Source of the DNA: Octopus vulgaris
Lineage: Eukaryota
DNA: 64,000 nt
Reading direction: 5' to 3'
Assembly: GCA_951406725.2 (NCBI GenBank)
Contig: OX597818.1
Span: 4,402,001 to 4,466,000, forward strand
Shown here: one piece after another, positions 27,529 through 40,528 of the stretch
Numbering within the stretch: position 1 is the first letter of the stretch
Layout of the letters: each line of letters starts with the position of its first letter
Position numbers and translations under genes: made by a program
The notes under the pieces: generated by a model
Told to the model about the DNA's origin: nothing
What the model saw: the letters and a program-made list of their open reading frames with translations, nothing else
Databases searched by the model: none

Positions 27529-28849
27529 TCTCGTACACCACATGCTTTTGTACCTCATTCATTCTTTTTTTCAATATCTCCATATTTTCTGTTGAAAAAC
27601 CTTTAAATTTGGAATCACTACTTGATAGCATGAAACTCCTGTCCATTTTCAAAGTCGAAAATATAAATGACGCCAAAAAAAATGTGGAAAAAAATCTCCC
27701 AAAATTCACCAACTCAACTATTTACAAAGTGAAATCATGTATTTTCACGAATGTACTAATGAGATTTGTGCTTAAATTCACATTTAATGGGTACTCTCAG
27801 CTGGGTTGGACTTATGAACCAAAAAATTTTTCGGCTGGCTACGGCGGGTTACTATTGAAAGGGTTAATTAGTCTACAAAAAATTAACTTATTCTTTCTAC
27901 TCAGTCATACATTTCACAGAGATTGTGGTGGGCAGTGATTACATGCTGGTTAGGAATCTTGGGCCTTTATTCCTTTGCATTACAGTGGGCAGGAACTAAA
28001 TCACTCTGGAGTTTTGGTGCTCAATTGAGCTGTATTTGTAGGTTGTGTTCCCTGAAGATTCTAGTTGTGTTGCTGAACTATCATATGAACAACTGCCATT
28101 GTTTTGGCAGCAATTGGTTTTGTGTATATAATCAAATCATGATTTCTATGTGGTCAAACATGAGATAGAATCCAATTGTTTCAATCGAGTTGTAGAGAAA
28201 CTAAGTGACAATAAAAGAATAGAAAATGTGCATGAACAATGAGAAAAACATGAGCAACAGAAAAACATAAATGCAAAATGTACGTTTAATAAATAACAAA
28301 GAATTGTCCATGGAAAAAAAGTTTACAGCAGAGTCCATGCTGGATGTAAGATTTCACAGTTTGTGCTATTGAGAACGTCTTTTTACATTTTTTTTAAAGG
28401 TTAACTAAAAATAATTAGTGTGCATATATTCTTTCAGCCAATGAACCCTCCTGCTGCTTCGTGTAATTGACGTGTGTTGATAGTGGATGGTATGTCATGT
28501 ATGCATAAGAGCTGTGAATTTGTTAAAAAAATGAGTAGGGTGTTGTTGAAAGGATGACAAATTGATAAAAGCCTGCTTCGATTGATGCTAATTAATGTTT
28601 CCATTGAATGTTCATCACCATGAATTTGAGTTTTACTTTCAATACACAATAGGGGCCAGTATACGATGTCTTCAACCAATGTTTAATTGCATCATTACAT
28701 GTGTCCATATATGAATATCCGGTGGATCAAAAATCTTGATTGATTGTGGCCTCGTTACCAATGGAAATCAATAAATATAATCTGCTGGATCAAAATGTTG
28801 ATTGGCTGAAGTTGTAGCTAAATTCATTTGACCAGGTAGAATAAGAAGG

Positions 28850-30940
28850 CAACCATAAAGTACTTAAAGTACTTTTGCCTGTGAATATCTTAGGATCTCC
28901 TTAAGAGTGGACTGAAAACCTAATAAAACTTTCAACCAACAGTCTGAATTGGAATAAGCATGAAGAGCTGTTTTCAATTGGTGTTGAAAATGCTCTATTA
29001 ATCTGTTAAATATGGAGTGATAAACTGTTGTGCAGATGCACTGGGTGCCTAGGAAGCTAGAAAGGTTGTCAAACCGACTGAATTCAAACTGATGGCCCCT
29101 GTCAGTCATTATGGTCAAAAGAGCTCCAAAATGTGGAATCTATTTGGCCATGAACTGAGAGATGGTGTATTTAATTGGCACAGTTTCAGGCCATTTGGAA
29201 AAACTGTCTATACTAAAAGAGGAGAGCATTGTGGACAAATTGTTGCAAAACTTTGATATCTCTATCTGAAGCATCAACCATTAGAGCTAGTAATGGTGCT
29301 TCTGGAACTGGATGTGCCAACACAGTAACTCTTGATAATTTGCCCATAATATAATTGAAAGCTTTTTTTTTTTTTTCAATTACATAGCAATTTGGTGAGA
29401 TGAAAAATAGTTTCTGTACAATGTGGAATGTATTAACTTCAATAGAAGTTAATAAGTCCGAGAAATTCTTGTAACTTCCTTAGTGATGTAGGAACTGGAA
29501 TATCACAAATAACAGCATCAACTTACTCCTTTACCAGATGAATTCTATCTTTATCAATAACTTGTCCCAAAAATGTGATGGAAGGAGCACCAGGAAGACA
29601 TTTAGTGGCAATAGTTAATTACACCATGCTGTGATAATCCAGTAAAATACTGTTCCAAATGAAACAAATGTTGCTCTTCTGTGGGGGTAGCAATTAATAA
29701 GTCATCAATATAGGCAAAGACAAAATCCAAACCACAAAGTACTTCATTAATAAACCTTTGAAAGATATTAGCAGCGTTATGAAGGCCAAAAAGTATTCTA
29801 ATAAACTCATATAGTCCAAAAGGAGTAGTTATTGCTGTCTTGGGAACGTCTACTTGTTCAATAAGAATTTGGTTATAAGCATATATTAGATTGATCTTTG
29901 AAAAAAACAGTACATGAATATGCAGGATAAGATATCTGGTACTGTCAAAGCATTTAAATGCCTATAGTTGCCAATCTTCTTCAGATTTTTTGGACAAGAC
30001 CAGTTACTGCAAGAAGGTCAAATTTGCCAGGGTCCAACATATGATTGAATTCTTCCCTAGTAATTTAAGCTTATCTATGGCAAGAAGTATGGGATGAGAT
30101 GGAACAGGAGGACCTTTTGTAATGATATAGTGAGTAACCAAGTGCACTTGAATCTTATGGAATATTGTACAAGTAATGCTTGGAAGCTGCTGAAGAATCT
30201 CGTGAGGAGAAATACATGCATGTGCATTTATACCAAAATGACTGTGGTACCAGCAGAAAGAAAAATAACCTCTCCGGGGACTGGAAGATTGCCTTCTTTT
30301 ATTTCTATGGCTACCAGACTTCACGTGCGGACGATATCTTGGGAGCTCCTAATGTCAGAGTTTGTCTGTTGACTTATGAAATAAGGTTATATCTGAAGAT
30401 ATCAAAGATATAAACAAATAAGTTTCAGGATTGTTGGCACTTGAAATGTCCATGATACCATCAGCTAGTTCTCTAAGTTTCCGTATGGAACTTTGTTTCC
30501 TTATAGTAGTTAAAATTGCTGGTACATTAGTTAGAAGGCAAGAAAAGTTGTTATAACATATCATCTAGCAGATTATCTCCAACTAAACCTTGTATGCGTT
30601 GTAGCAATTATGAAAGTCATTGATCACCTTGGGTGTAACTGTATGTAATAGCTGATGAAGCCTTTTTTTGTTAGGACTTAGAAATACGTCTAAGGATCTC
30701 TAATTTCATAGTTTAATAATGATGGTTGTTCCAAATTACTAGTGATTGAATCTTTCACTTCCCCACTCAAGGCAGATGGCAAAACATTGTCTAGCAAATG
30801 AAATTGACTTGTGTCTGATGAAATTTTATAAGCAGCAAAAATTCGCTTCAAACTGGGATAACCAAATTGCTGGATGTCCTGTACAGGGAGGGGATGCAAA
30901 CAACAATGCTGTTTGCATGGTTTCAGAATCACTGAAGGAA
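28850..30940 (-). mobile_element. Decayed CsRN1-type Gypsy internal region (gag, RT, RNase H, integrase fragments)
   Basis: Gag CWYHSHFGINAHACISPH; RT PKTAITTPFGLYEF...FAYIDDLLIA (~29690-29845); MVDASD (~29270); integrase IMTDRGHQFE (ORF 28864-29118). LTRs not resolved. Confidence 0.88.
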
Positions 30941-31552
30941 CCAGAGAAGATGCCCTGAAATCAACGGTAAGATAAAGATATTTAAACATGAATGAAAAAT
31001 GTTTTTCTATGTTATTGAGCTAATTTAACAGCCATTTCAGGCAAACTGGAAATATAGCACATAACGGGAAGTCGTATGTCAAGCATGGTGGTAGGAATGT
31101 CAGTGATACTTGAGTGTAAAAAGTGCCTCGCATGCTACTCTGCTAAAGACAATTTTTTGCCAATATATTATCTCCGTGGGAATTTTCTGAATGAAATTGC
31201 TCTGTTGAACCGAAGGAATTCTTTCCTTCCTGGAAAAGGTGAACAAAAAGTGCATTCAGTGGAAACAGAAATTGTGGAGTGTCATCGTGACATTTAGGAA
31301 AGATCTTGTGAATGTATCTAAAGAATAACAAAACCAACATCAATGTAGTTAGTTTTTGAAATATTATGTTAGACATAACACAGCTAAAAAGACAACATTT
31401 TAGATTTGAATAGATTCAAAGGGTAAACATTGCCTTTATAAGAAAGCCAGGCGTTAAATTACAGTCAACCTACCTCTAGTATTGAAAGATTCAGTGAATA
31501 ACACTTCTTGGTGTATTTCTAACATTTTCTTAGAAGTGCATCAATACTACTT

Positions 31553-31840
31553 AAAAAAAAAAAAAAGGAGCACTCCGTCGGTTACGACGACGAGGTTCCC
31601 AGCTGATACGATCAACGGAACAGCCTACTCGTGAAATTAACGTGCAAGTGGCTGAGCATTCCACAAACATATGTACCTTTAACGTAGTTCTCAGGGAGAT
31701 TCAGCGTGACACAGAATGTGACAAGACCGGCCCTTTTGAAATACAGGTACTACTCATTCTTGCCAGCTCGCCGGGAATTGAACTCATGACCTTACGATTG
31801 TGAGCCGAATGCCCTAATCACTAGGCCACGCTCCTTCACA
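31553..31840 (-). mobile_element. tRNA-derived SINE, family B (possibly Deu/Nin-domain-like)
   Basis: The reverse complement begins GTGAAGGAGCGTGGCCTAGTGATTAGGGC (A box) ... GAGTTCAATTCCC (B box) and ends in a T run. Confidence 0.75.
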
Positions 31841-32322
31841 AAGGTGACAACAATACTAGGAAAGACAGTAGTTTCCATGAGGAAATAGAATACATACCTT
31901 CTCGTAACATACAGCAAAAATTAAAGTAACGTAAATTAAAGTAACGGTTTAATTCTCCTTGCAGTCAATATCAGAAAAAAAAGTTTAATCCCAGTGCACA
32001 ATTATTTTCCACTTGGTCATAGATAGCATAAAATAGCATAAAATCTTTAGCAAAATCTTGAATGATAGCTACTAGGCCACGCTCCTTCACAAAGGTGACA
32101 ACAATACTAGGAAAGACAGTAGTTTCCATGAGGAAATAGAATACATACCTTCTCGTAACATACAGCAAAAATTAAAGTAACGTAAATTAAAGTAACGGTT
32201 TAATTCTCCTCGCAGTCAATATCAGAAAAAAAAGTTTAATCCCAGTGCACAATTATTTTCCACTTGGTCATAGATAGCATAAAATAGCATAAAATCTTTA
32301 GCAAAATCTTGAATGATAGCTA
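31821..32322. repeat. 251-bp near-perfect tandem duplication
   Basis: 31821-32071 repeats at 32072-32322, with one visible substitution (CCTTGCAG/CCTCGCAG). Confidence 0.92.
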
Positions 32323-32709
32323 CAGTTGTGGTAGCAGCAAAAAAAAATTGATTTCTTGCATCATCAGGAGAAATTATATTGATAACACTTTTGTTGTGTC
32401 TTGTGATGCTATATATCTTCCATAAACAGTTGTCTTTACTACTGCATTGTATTTGGTTAAGATTCAATAATCCGGTTTCAAAATATTTTTAAGCCACTCA
32501 TAATTAATACGCTTCTCAAATTGCATTTTTAGCTGAAAAATTCAATTTTGTCAGGTAACTCTTAGAAGCATTCACTCGGCACAGATCACTGTAAACATGC
32601 TCATCCTTCATCAGTTATCGGTCTCAAATTATCACAATTTTGTGCCATTAACAAGATTGTTCATTTTTGTGACGTCAGCTGTAAATACTGTTGGGATAAG
32701 TAGCCGGAC

Positions 32710-34100
32710 GTATGTACATACGTATGTATATATGTATGTATGAATGCATGCATGCATGCGTAATACACACATACATAGTGGCTGGTTTCTCGGATATAAA
32801 GTCATTGCTAGAAAGAATCATTGAAATGAGTCATTGATAATGCAATGTGAGGTCCTTATATGACTCGTGAGCTCTGACAAAGATTTGCACATTTTACTGC
32901 AAAATGCACGGTTGTGCTGGCTGGCAGAAGGAACCGGTTCCACAGTACAAAGTTTTTTTGACATGTCTTTTTACTCCTCCAACTGAACGGCACACCTTTC
33001 CACAGGTTGTATATGTTCTGTTGTGAACAATAACTGTATCACAATTTATAAGGGGTTGATTCCTGTGGCTTCTTTGATGGCTGACCAGACTTGTACAACT
33101 TAAGCATTTCCTCCTGCAAACCACACACGTAAAAATCAACACGCCTTCAATTTCTACTGGTTCATTCTTTGTAAGCTTTTTTCTGATCTTCTCGTGCTTT
33201 ATTCTCTCTCTTTCAAATTTTGAGCAACCACTGGGCACTCTTTTCTTCCATCCATTTCAGTCTTATGCTTTTTTCTCCCAATTAAATTCTGCAATTCCTG
33301 TTTGTGTCAAAGAAGTTTTAAGGTAGTCTTTGAACCTCATTTTGAGTTTATGTGCTGGCCTTTTATGATCTTCCAACTCACCATACAAAATTTGCTTAGG
33401 AAGTCTTTTATCATTTGTTCTCACCAGATGTCCATCCCACTTCAAACGATTTTGCAGAATGGTCGATTCGACACTTCTACGACTTCTCTCAAGTGCCTCT
33501 ACATTACTGATCGTCATTCTCCAGTTTATCCCCAAAATTATCTGAAGACAATGTTGATGAATTCGTTTCAAATACTTCAAATGCTTATGATAAATAACCC
33601 ATGTCTCACTTCCATAGAGCAATGATGGCAGAACACGTGCTATAAACCCTAACTTTAATTTGGATAGATATACTACGGCGTGACCAGAGACGCTTGCCAA
33701 GCCTACCAAAGGCACCATTAGCTTTGCTGATTCTATACGAAATTTCATTATCAAGACCAGCAGTACTCAGAGTACTTCCTAAATAGATAAATTTGGTTAC
33801 AACTTCTAACCTTTGTCCATATACAGTTACAGAAAGTTCCATATACAGCTTAGAGGGGGCAGGTTGATATATCAGAACAGTTTTCTTCAAGTTAATTGTA
33901 AGGCCCAACACTGCATTCATCATGTGTTGCATATCTTTCTTGGAATGTGCTAACAAGTCACGATCATCTGCATGCAAGAATGATGCGAGAAGGAAAAACT
34001 TCCGTTTTGGTACAAAGTCTTTTGAGGTTGAAAGGTTTTTGCGCTGTCCTATATCTTATACATACATACATACATCATTTTAGTTTGTCTGCGGAAAACG
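32710..34100 (-). mobile_element. Decayed RTE-BovB-like LINE 3' fragment
   Basis: HADD, GLTINLKKT, FIYLGSTLS, LLYGSETW, RLKWDGHLVR...LPKQILYGEL and C-terminal C2H2 fingers (ORFs 33606-33977, 33263-33754, 32894-33238). Confidence 0.88.
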
Positions 34101-35149
34101 TTTTGAATATGCATATAAAAGCTCCTATTCTATTATACCGGCTACAGCCTTATGATGCTAACTGGCGATACCAGCCAGTTAAGATTCATACCGAGTTGTG
34201 TCGATACAATGTAGGATAAATATAGTAATAACAATAATAATCCTTGGATGGAATTTATAAATACTTCAGTGCATCACTACGCACGTTGCCACAAATCACA
34301 TGTTTCTTAAAAATGTAGTGAATCTTGCATGCATGAAATGGATTCGATCCACCATAGCCAAATTTAAATTAACGCTGCAACAGAACTGTTCCCATGGTGG
34401 AACAATGGTTTTTCTCTGACAACAGTTTTACATTTTCCAGATGCCTTTAGCTAGGCCGAAATAATGTTTTTTTCTACTTGACCCTTTCTAACCGCTTCTA
34501 TTTCACCAAAAGCTAGCATAGAGATAACAAGACCACCAACTAAATCTATTGTTCTCAATGATATACCTATCCTTCTAGATCTTTATATAAGCAAGCACAC
34601 CCCAAGCAAAAATCAGTTAGTCACTTGTCGACAACTGAACGAGGCAGTTCGTGACGACTCAATCAGTTAAGGAAAGGACTGCTAGAATATATTGGCCAGC
34701 GAGAGAAATGAAAATTCCTACCAGCAACTGTCAGACAACACCCTACAATTGCCTCTAGCTCTAATTCTGTCCCTTACAACATCATTCTATCTCTCTCGGT
34801 AATTACTACTACTAAACAATGAAGAGGACACATGCACAAACGTTACTTCACATGCTTTTAGATGTATCAAAACCTGCCCGTCGAGGCAAGGTATTGTAAC
34901 GTAACGGCAAATAAACATTTCCTTAAATTTCATGCATTGCTCATCTTACACATCTTACAGTATGCAATTATAACAACAAAATTTTTATCGCTACGATTGA
35001 CTCCGACACGACATTTAATAACATTGTTAACTAATAAATTTCTACCGTTACAAGATCATAGTTCATATTCCTAGAATGATTACAGTACAACCTATAGTAT
35101 CCATGGACATTGGGTAGATCATGTTCATGCATTCATTTCATCAGGTGAA

Positions 35150-37251
35150 ATAGCATTAAATAACATTAATGCTATATCGCCTGATTGCTAGGTTATCCTA
35201 TATTTTTGTAAAGTGACAAACAACTAATCTGAAATGATATTGAATGTTATGCATCTGAAATTTTCTCATGCATAAATGACAACTTCCTCCGAGGTTGATG
35301 CCAGATTTACATTATATTTGATTCTCTTCCTTGGTCTATTTGTTTCTGTGTTTCTGGCATCCAATTACAACTCTTCCTGATGTGATTTCAGAAAATATTT
35401 CAAGGAATCAATTAGATCGCTCAGATCAACTTCAACTCCCTGAAAAGCTTTTATTGTTAAAATTAAAATTAAATTCCAGATCTTAGCTATTAGAGAAGTT
35501 TCAAGACAGCCATCTTGCTGCCAGTTGTCTGAGCTTCATATTTTCCTTCAGTTTTGTGTTCTAAATCTTCTTCAACATTATTGAGTGTATTTTCAATGCA
35601 GTTATATCCATCAACAAGGGTTTAAGTATCATATACTCTTGCCGACTAACTTCCAAAGATTTCATTAAATTTGCCGACCTGTGTGTCAACGTAGAAAAAC
35701 GTGTATAAATTTTGTATGAAACCAAAGTAGCTACCAGCTTACACACAGCAAAAAGCAGTGGCATGTTCAACAAGATTAGTCGAATGAGCAGCACCGGGAA
35801 TGAAAATTGTAGTCAAGTTCCTTTTTTTAAAAAATCTGGCTTGCATTCCTGTGCCGTGATAGGATATATTATTGGCGCAATCATAGGACTGTCTCTCCAG
35901 TCTTCAATATATATATATATATTTTTAAAGAAATTGTAACCCAGATGTAACCAGTACTTCAGCTTTGTAGGAATCAGTTTGCAGGAAAGTTAAAGTCCTT
36001 TCTATTGGCTTCCCAGAAACAGCATAACGCACAATAACTGTTAGCTGATCAACATGAGCATGGTCTGGCGTTATGTCTAGAGAAACAGACAATGCTTACC
36101 AGTTCCGTGATTGCTAAATGTTTTCAAGTGATCCAATTATGCAACAAGTTCTATAACTCCCCCCAAATTCTCAATGTGTTTAGATATTATGATCTGTTCA
36201 CTGCCTCTAAATGTAAGGCTAGAAATATCACGGCCACAGCTAGAAAAGGAATTGTATATTTCGTGGGTCACTCTTGATTTCAAACAACCATGTAACGGTA
36301 TTTGAGCTCATAGCCAAATTTTTACTTTTGCTAAAAAATAGCGTCTGCAGATGTAACGGTTCAAATCATTTTGTGAGGGTATTTCGGATTGCATTTAATA
36401 GATTGCAAGTGACGTCATTGAATCTATTTTTATATTTTGACATGTTTTTCTGACTTTTTAAAAATTCACTTATTTACGACTAGGAACCTATAGTTGTGGA
36501 TATCCGCTGAAATAAGAACTAATGTTCAACAGAGATAGTTGAAAGCTGGCGCCCAGAAACAAATCGAAAAATAAAGTTGAAGATTAGTACTAGCACCAGT
36601 AAAAATTTTTTGCGAACGAAACACGAAAATAACAATAACAACAAACTGATAAGGTGGTAATGATGAAAAATATAGAAAAATAAATAAAGAAAAAGAATAG
36701 GTTTAATGGAATACAAAAATTTCAAAAGTCATATAAAGAAAAACAAAAAATGCAAGAAAATATTTTTTAAAAACTGCTTTTACATGTAGGGTGCTGTTAC
36801 GCAAAAGAGATACTATTATAATTAAAACGGTAAATTAAAAATTACCATTTTGGAAGCCAATCACCCTTACCTTTTTCTCATAAATATGACCAGCATACCA
36901 AAAGACTTCAATGTCAAATAGAATAATTGATGGGTCATTGCAGGTTCAAACCGTTTCTATCTACCTACTTTAATAGAAATACTGAATATTTTTCAGAATG
37001 CTTTCATTTTCGATACTTTGTTTCTCGTTGTTATTTTTTGTTCATCTATCTCCTTGTTTTATTCTCAGGATTTAAATCTCCTTTTCGGACAACTTTATTG
37101 CGCTAAAGTGGAGAAAATGTGGTATTTTTTAAAGATTTCTTTACGCAGACTTTTTTTAAGAAGTAGAGAGGGGTGGCCCTCTTCATGCAAGCTTGCTGCT
37201 CATGGTAGGGGGTCCAGGGCAATTGCCTCTTTTGCCCCATAAAATCCTCTG
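35150..37251 (-). mobile_element. Decayed hAT transposon (ZMYM1-like / Tip100-type transposase)
   Basis: Minus strand TPDHAHVDQLTVIVRY (~36030-36072), QSYDCANN...GMQAR (~35840-35895) and IPGAAHSTNLV...FGFIQNLYTFF (~35695-35805). Terminus-like GGGGCAAAAGAGGCAATTGCCCTGGACCCC near 37210-37250. Left end unresolved. Confidence 0.75.
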
Positions 37252-38314
37252 GAATCTCTTGATGATGACCCGGCTATCAGGTGACAAATTAATGAAATTC
37301 TGGTGTAATTTAATTGGACCATGTGACCGAAGATTCGGGATATGCAAACATGGGTGTGTAGCAATATCGTCTCTCATTGCTATCTTCACTGTTTGAGAAG
37401 AGTATTAAGAATAACCTCGGTCGAGATTACAAACATCTTCGGCTAGTTCAACATTGTTGTAAACACTAATTCGATTGGCTGACACGTTGGTCTCTACTAC
37501 GTTCGCACCGCTGGTTATCACTTGGCGCGATTTGCCTCCGTTTATTTTCGCGCCATAGTTCCAAGCAGCCAATCACAGCTTTCCATTTCTGAAGTTCATT
37601 GGGAGCCATATAAACCTTATAAAATAAGGTTTCTCAGACAAATATCCGTCTTAGGCTTTTAGTTCTTTTAAGAGCTAAGTCTCTGACCACACAGAGCATA
37701 CTCGACCAAGTTCCAGTTCGAAAGGCAGGCGACCACCATTAATACAAGATGTTACAGATACCTCTTATACTGTTAGTGTGAATTATCACCATGAAGAACG
37801 GTTACAGGATATCTATAACTAGAGAAAAATAACCAAGCCGAACATATGATGAAGACGCAGCGAAAACCAAGCGCCAAACATCGAAGATTTGATTTGTACA
37901 CAAGACGACTACAGATTCAGCTATAGCGGTTAGGTGAAATTCTCGCCACGGAAAAAACGGCTACAGTAACATATCTGGAAGTATGTTCATATCAAGAGAA
38001 AGATAAACACAACGAGTGATTCAATTAATCTCAACTGCGATACGCAATATCTTGATATGGAACTCTTACGCTGTACCTCATAAACGGTAAATCAATTATC
38101 TGTTCTTGGGTTCTAGTTTCTTCTAAGAACTACCTTAAGCCATCTGTTATTACCTGTTGCTAGGCCGATACCAACAACATGAACTGTGAATCAAATTCCA
38201 TCGTCATTTCACTGGTCAGTACCTTTTTACGCCTAACGAACACACAGACACAAAAACATGCTAACACTTACAAACTTCCAACATCAAGCATGATTGTAAA
38301 ATATGTAAAATAAA

Positions 38315-39202
38315 GGATCTTTTCAATTCTGAAGCCAGTTTTTTCAAATTTTTCCTACTGAACCAAACAATTTGAAACTTCGTATACTGGTAGAATGTGT
38401 CAAAAGTAAACTTAATTGTAAACCAGAATGAAAACGGAATTGTAACTTCTAAGTTTAACGTTGTTTAATAATTAGAATTTTAACCAATGATATTCCGTCA
38501 TTCGGCTTTATTTTATTTACTCCGTCTCGACCACCAATTTGGTGACGTATTAAACATCTTAAATGTAAACAAGCCGCATGTCTCCGTGAAATCTCCTTCT
38601 AATTATTTAACGTACTCATGTTTCCAGGATCCTATAGTCAGCCACCTTCTAATAACAATATTTAAAACTAGTTAATAAGCCACATGTATTAAATTGAAAA
38701 TGTTTCCATTCTGTTAGTACTTGCTTTCGTTTGCTATTAAGAAGTGGCATCTCAGTGACGAGGCTTCTAACAAGATTTCGTTTCTAAGCTAATGCGTTTC
38801 ATTTCACTTATTGTATTTATTTGTGCAAAAGGCAAGAAATTTAATATTAAAAAAGCAAAGAGCTGGCAGAAACGTTAGCACGCCGGGCGAAATGCGTAGC
38901 CGTATTTCGTCTGCCGTTACGTTCTGTGTTTGTTTACAGTTTTCCGAACGTTAGTACGTCACAAAAGCGCTTTCTACGTCACACTAATAGAATGCAGTCA
39001 AGTTTTACACATGAAAACAAACAATCTGATTGGTTAAAATTCGCAGTTTTAATCTACGATTAAAGTCATAAAATAGATTTTTCTCAAATAAACTAGTTCC
39101 AACCTGTGTCTTGTTTTGCTAGACTCTATCAGCATACGAAGTTTCAGAATATTTAGTTAAGTAGAAGGATCTGTGGTCCTGGCTTCAGAATTGAAAAGAT
39201 CC
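38315..39202. mobile_element. Non-autonomous TIR DNA element (superfamily unassigned) with a SINE head inserted at ~38860-38930
   Basis: Perfect 24-bp TIR GGATCTTTTCAATTCTGAAGCCAG / CTGGCTTCAGAATTGAAAAGATCC, plus degenerate subterminal inverted similarity. Confidence 0.85.
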
Positions 39203-39596
39203 AAAATAAATAATGTATATATCTTAAAAAGAAATCTTGTTGTCATTCCAAACTTATGTGTATTGCCGCTGCATGTATTATGTAGTCAGTAAATAAATTA
39301 TTAATGATGGGATCGCGTGCGACTGTGTCTTATACGGTACGACCAAGCGTGATCCTATTTTTATAGGTGAAAATATTTATTTATGAGTTACTTTTTCTAT
39401 TTTTCTCTCTTTCTTGCATTAATTCCATTGCCTTATTTTTCACGTACATATATTTGTAGGAAATTACATTACTTTCTGACTCACTTTAATATGTTTATGA
39501 GGTCTTACTGTGTATATTTATAAAACTATTGGTTTATATAGATTTATACAGGATGAGTACGTTTGTGTATATGTGTACGAATGTGTGTGTGCGTCC

Positions 39597-39664
<68 letters not shown>

Positions 39665-39672
<8 letters not shown>

Positions 39673-40260
39673 AGGATGAGATATGAGAGGTGATTGGTGA
39701 ATAAATATTTATTTAACCTCATGACTTCTTTAGGTTTACGGCTGCTTCGCAACCATTTTCTTGCAGTATGAATTTAAGTATGGAAGAAATTATGCAAACA
39801 TCTGCATTAATATATAAATTAATGCAAATAAAGAAAGCTATTTCATTAGATCACCAAAACATCATTGTTACACCAACAATTCACCTCATATTCACTCCTC
39901 CGCTTCATGGTCTCGTCAGTTACATCTAGGAGTGGCGACTTTGAGTGGCTTACGAGTGAAAATGTCCTTCATATTGGGGAAGCAGCTGTATGAAGTTTAC
40001 CCACTTGATCAGGACTGTTTGATAAACTCAGTCGTTTGTAAAGCTGAAGCGGTGCTCCAAAATAAGGTAACCGAAAAGAAAATTCACGTCCGTTTATACT
40101 AAAGCAATTTCAAAAGATGATATGCGAACCATCAGTCTTCTTCTCTGCATATCGACGAAAATAAAGCCTCTAAGTTGGCCAGCCATGTATGGGATCCGAA
40201 GCCCAACTGCGCACTGCATTCAGTTAAGTGGAGTTTCATAGAAAATTTACGATACTTTTT
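39665..40260. mobile_element. Old Penelope-like remnant (inverted pseudo-LTR plus GIY-YIG C-terminus)
   Basis: Plus strand 40103-40245 reads SNFKR*YANHQSSS...SKLASHVWD...VKWSFIE. Minus strand 39665-39875 is homologous to the 19738-19955 arm, with a degenerate hammerhead. Abuts (CT)n(TA)n. Confidence 0.7.
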
Positions 40261-40488
40261 GAACACACCTTGTAACTTCATACTTTTTTTCTGAAATTTC
40301 TGTCATTACTAAGTGAAAAAATAATTCCTAAACGTAAGGTAACAACTTTGATTCAGGTTGCTGATAGAGAAACTGACAATGTTTACCACTTCTGTGATTG
40401 CTAAATGTTTTCAAGTGACCCACTAGAAATAGATCCAATTGTGCAACAAGTTCTATAACTCCCCCCAAATTCTCAATGTGTTTAGATA

Positions 40489-40528
40489 CTATGATCTCTC
40501 TGTATTCGCAGCCAGGCATCGTCGACGT
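40489..40528 (-). other. Duplicated acceptor; candidate alternative terminal exon of the membrane-protein gene
   Basis: 40495-40792 copies ~42206-42510, including the branch point, polypyrimidine tract and AG. Reads (R)RRRCLAANTERS*. Confidence 0.55.

Larger units (their letters stand above)
24780..27863 (-). mobile_element. Deleted piggyBac element interrupted by an RTE LINE
   Basis: TTAA|CCCTTTCATTACTA ... TACTATTGAAAGGG|TTAA (TTAA at 24776-24779 and 27864-27867). Minus-strand KQYMPGKPTK*GIKVWKICEANTGY (~25340-25415) and VFFDRFF (~25240). Confidence 0.85.

Noticed and set aside
25610-27545. Target-site duplication for the RTE insertion
   Set aside because: Only loose similarity (TTCGGATACA vs TTCTCGTACA); not claimed.
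28191-31380. LTR pair for the second Gypsy element
   Set aside because: TG and CA candidates exist, but no direct repeat, PBS or matching TSD could be seen.
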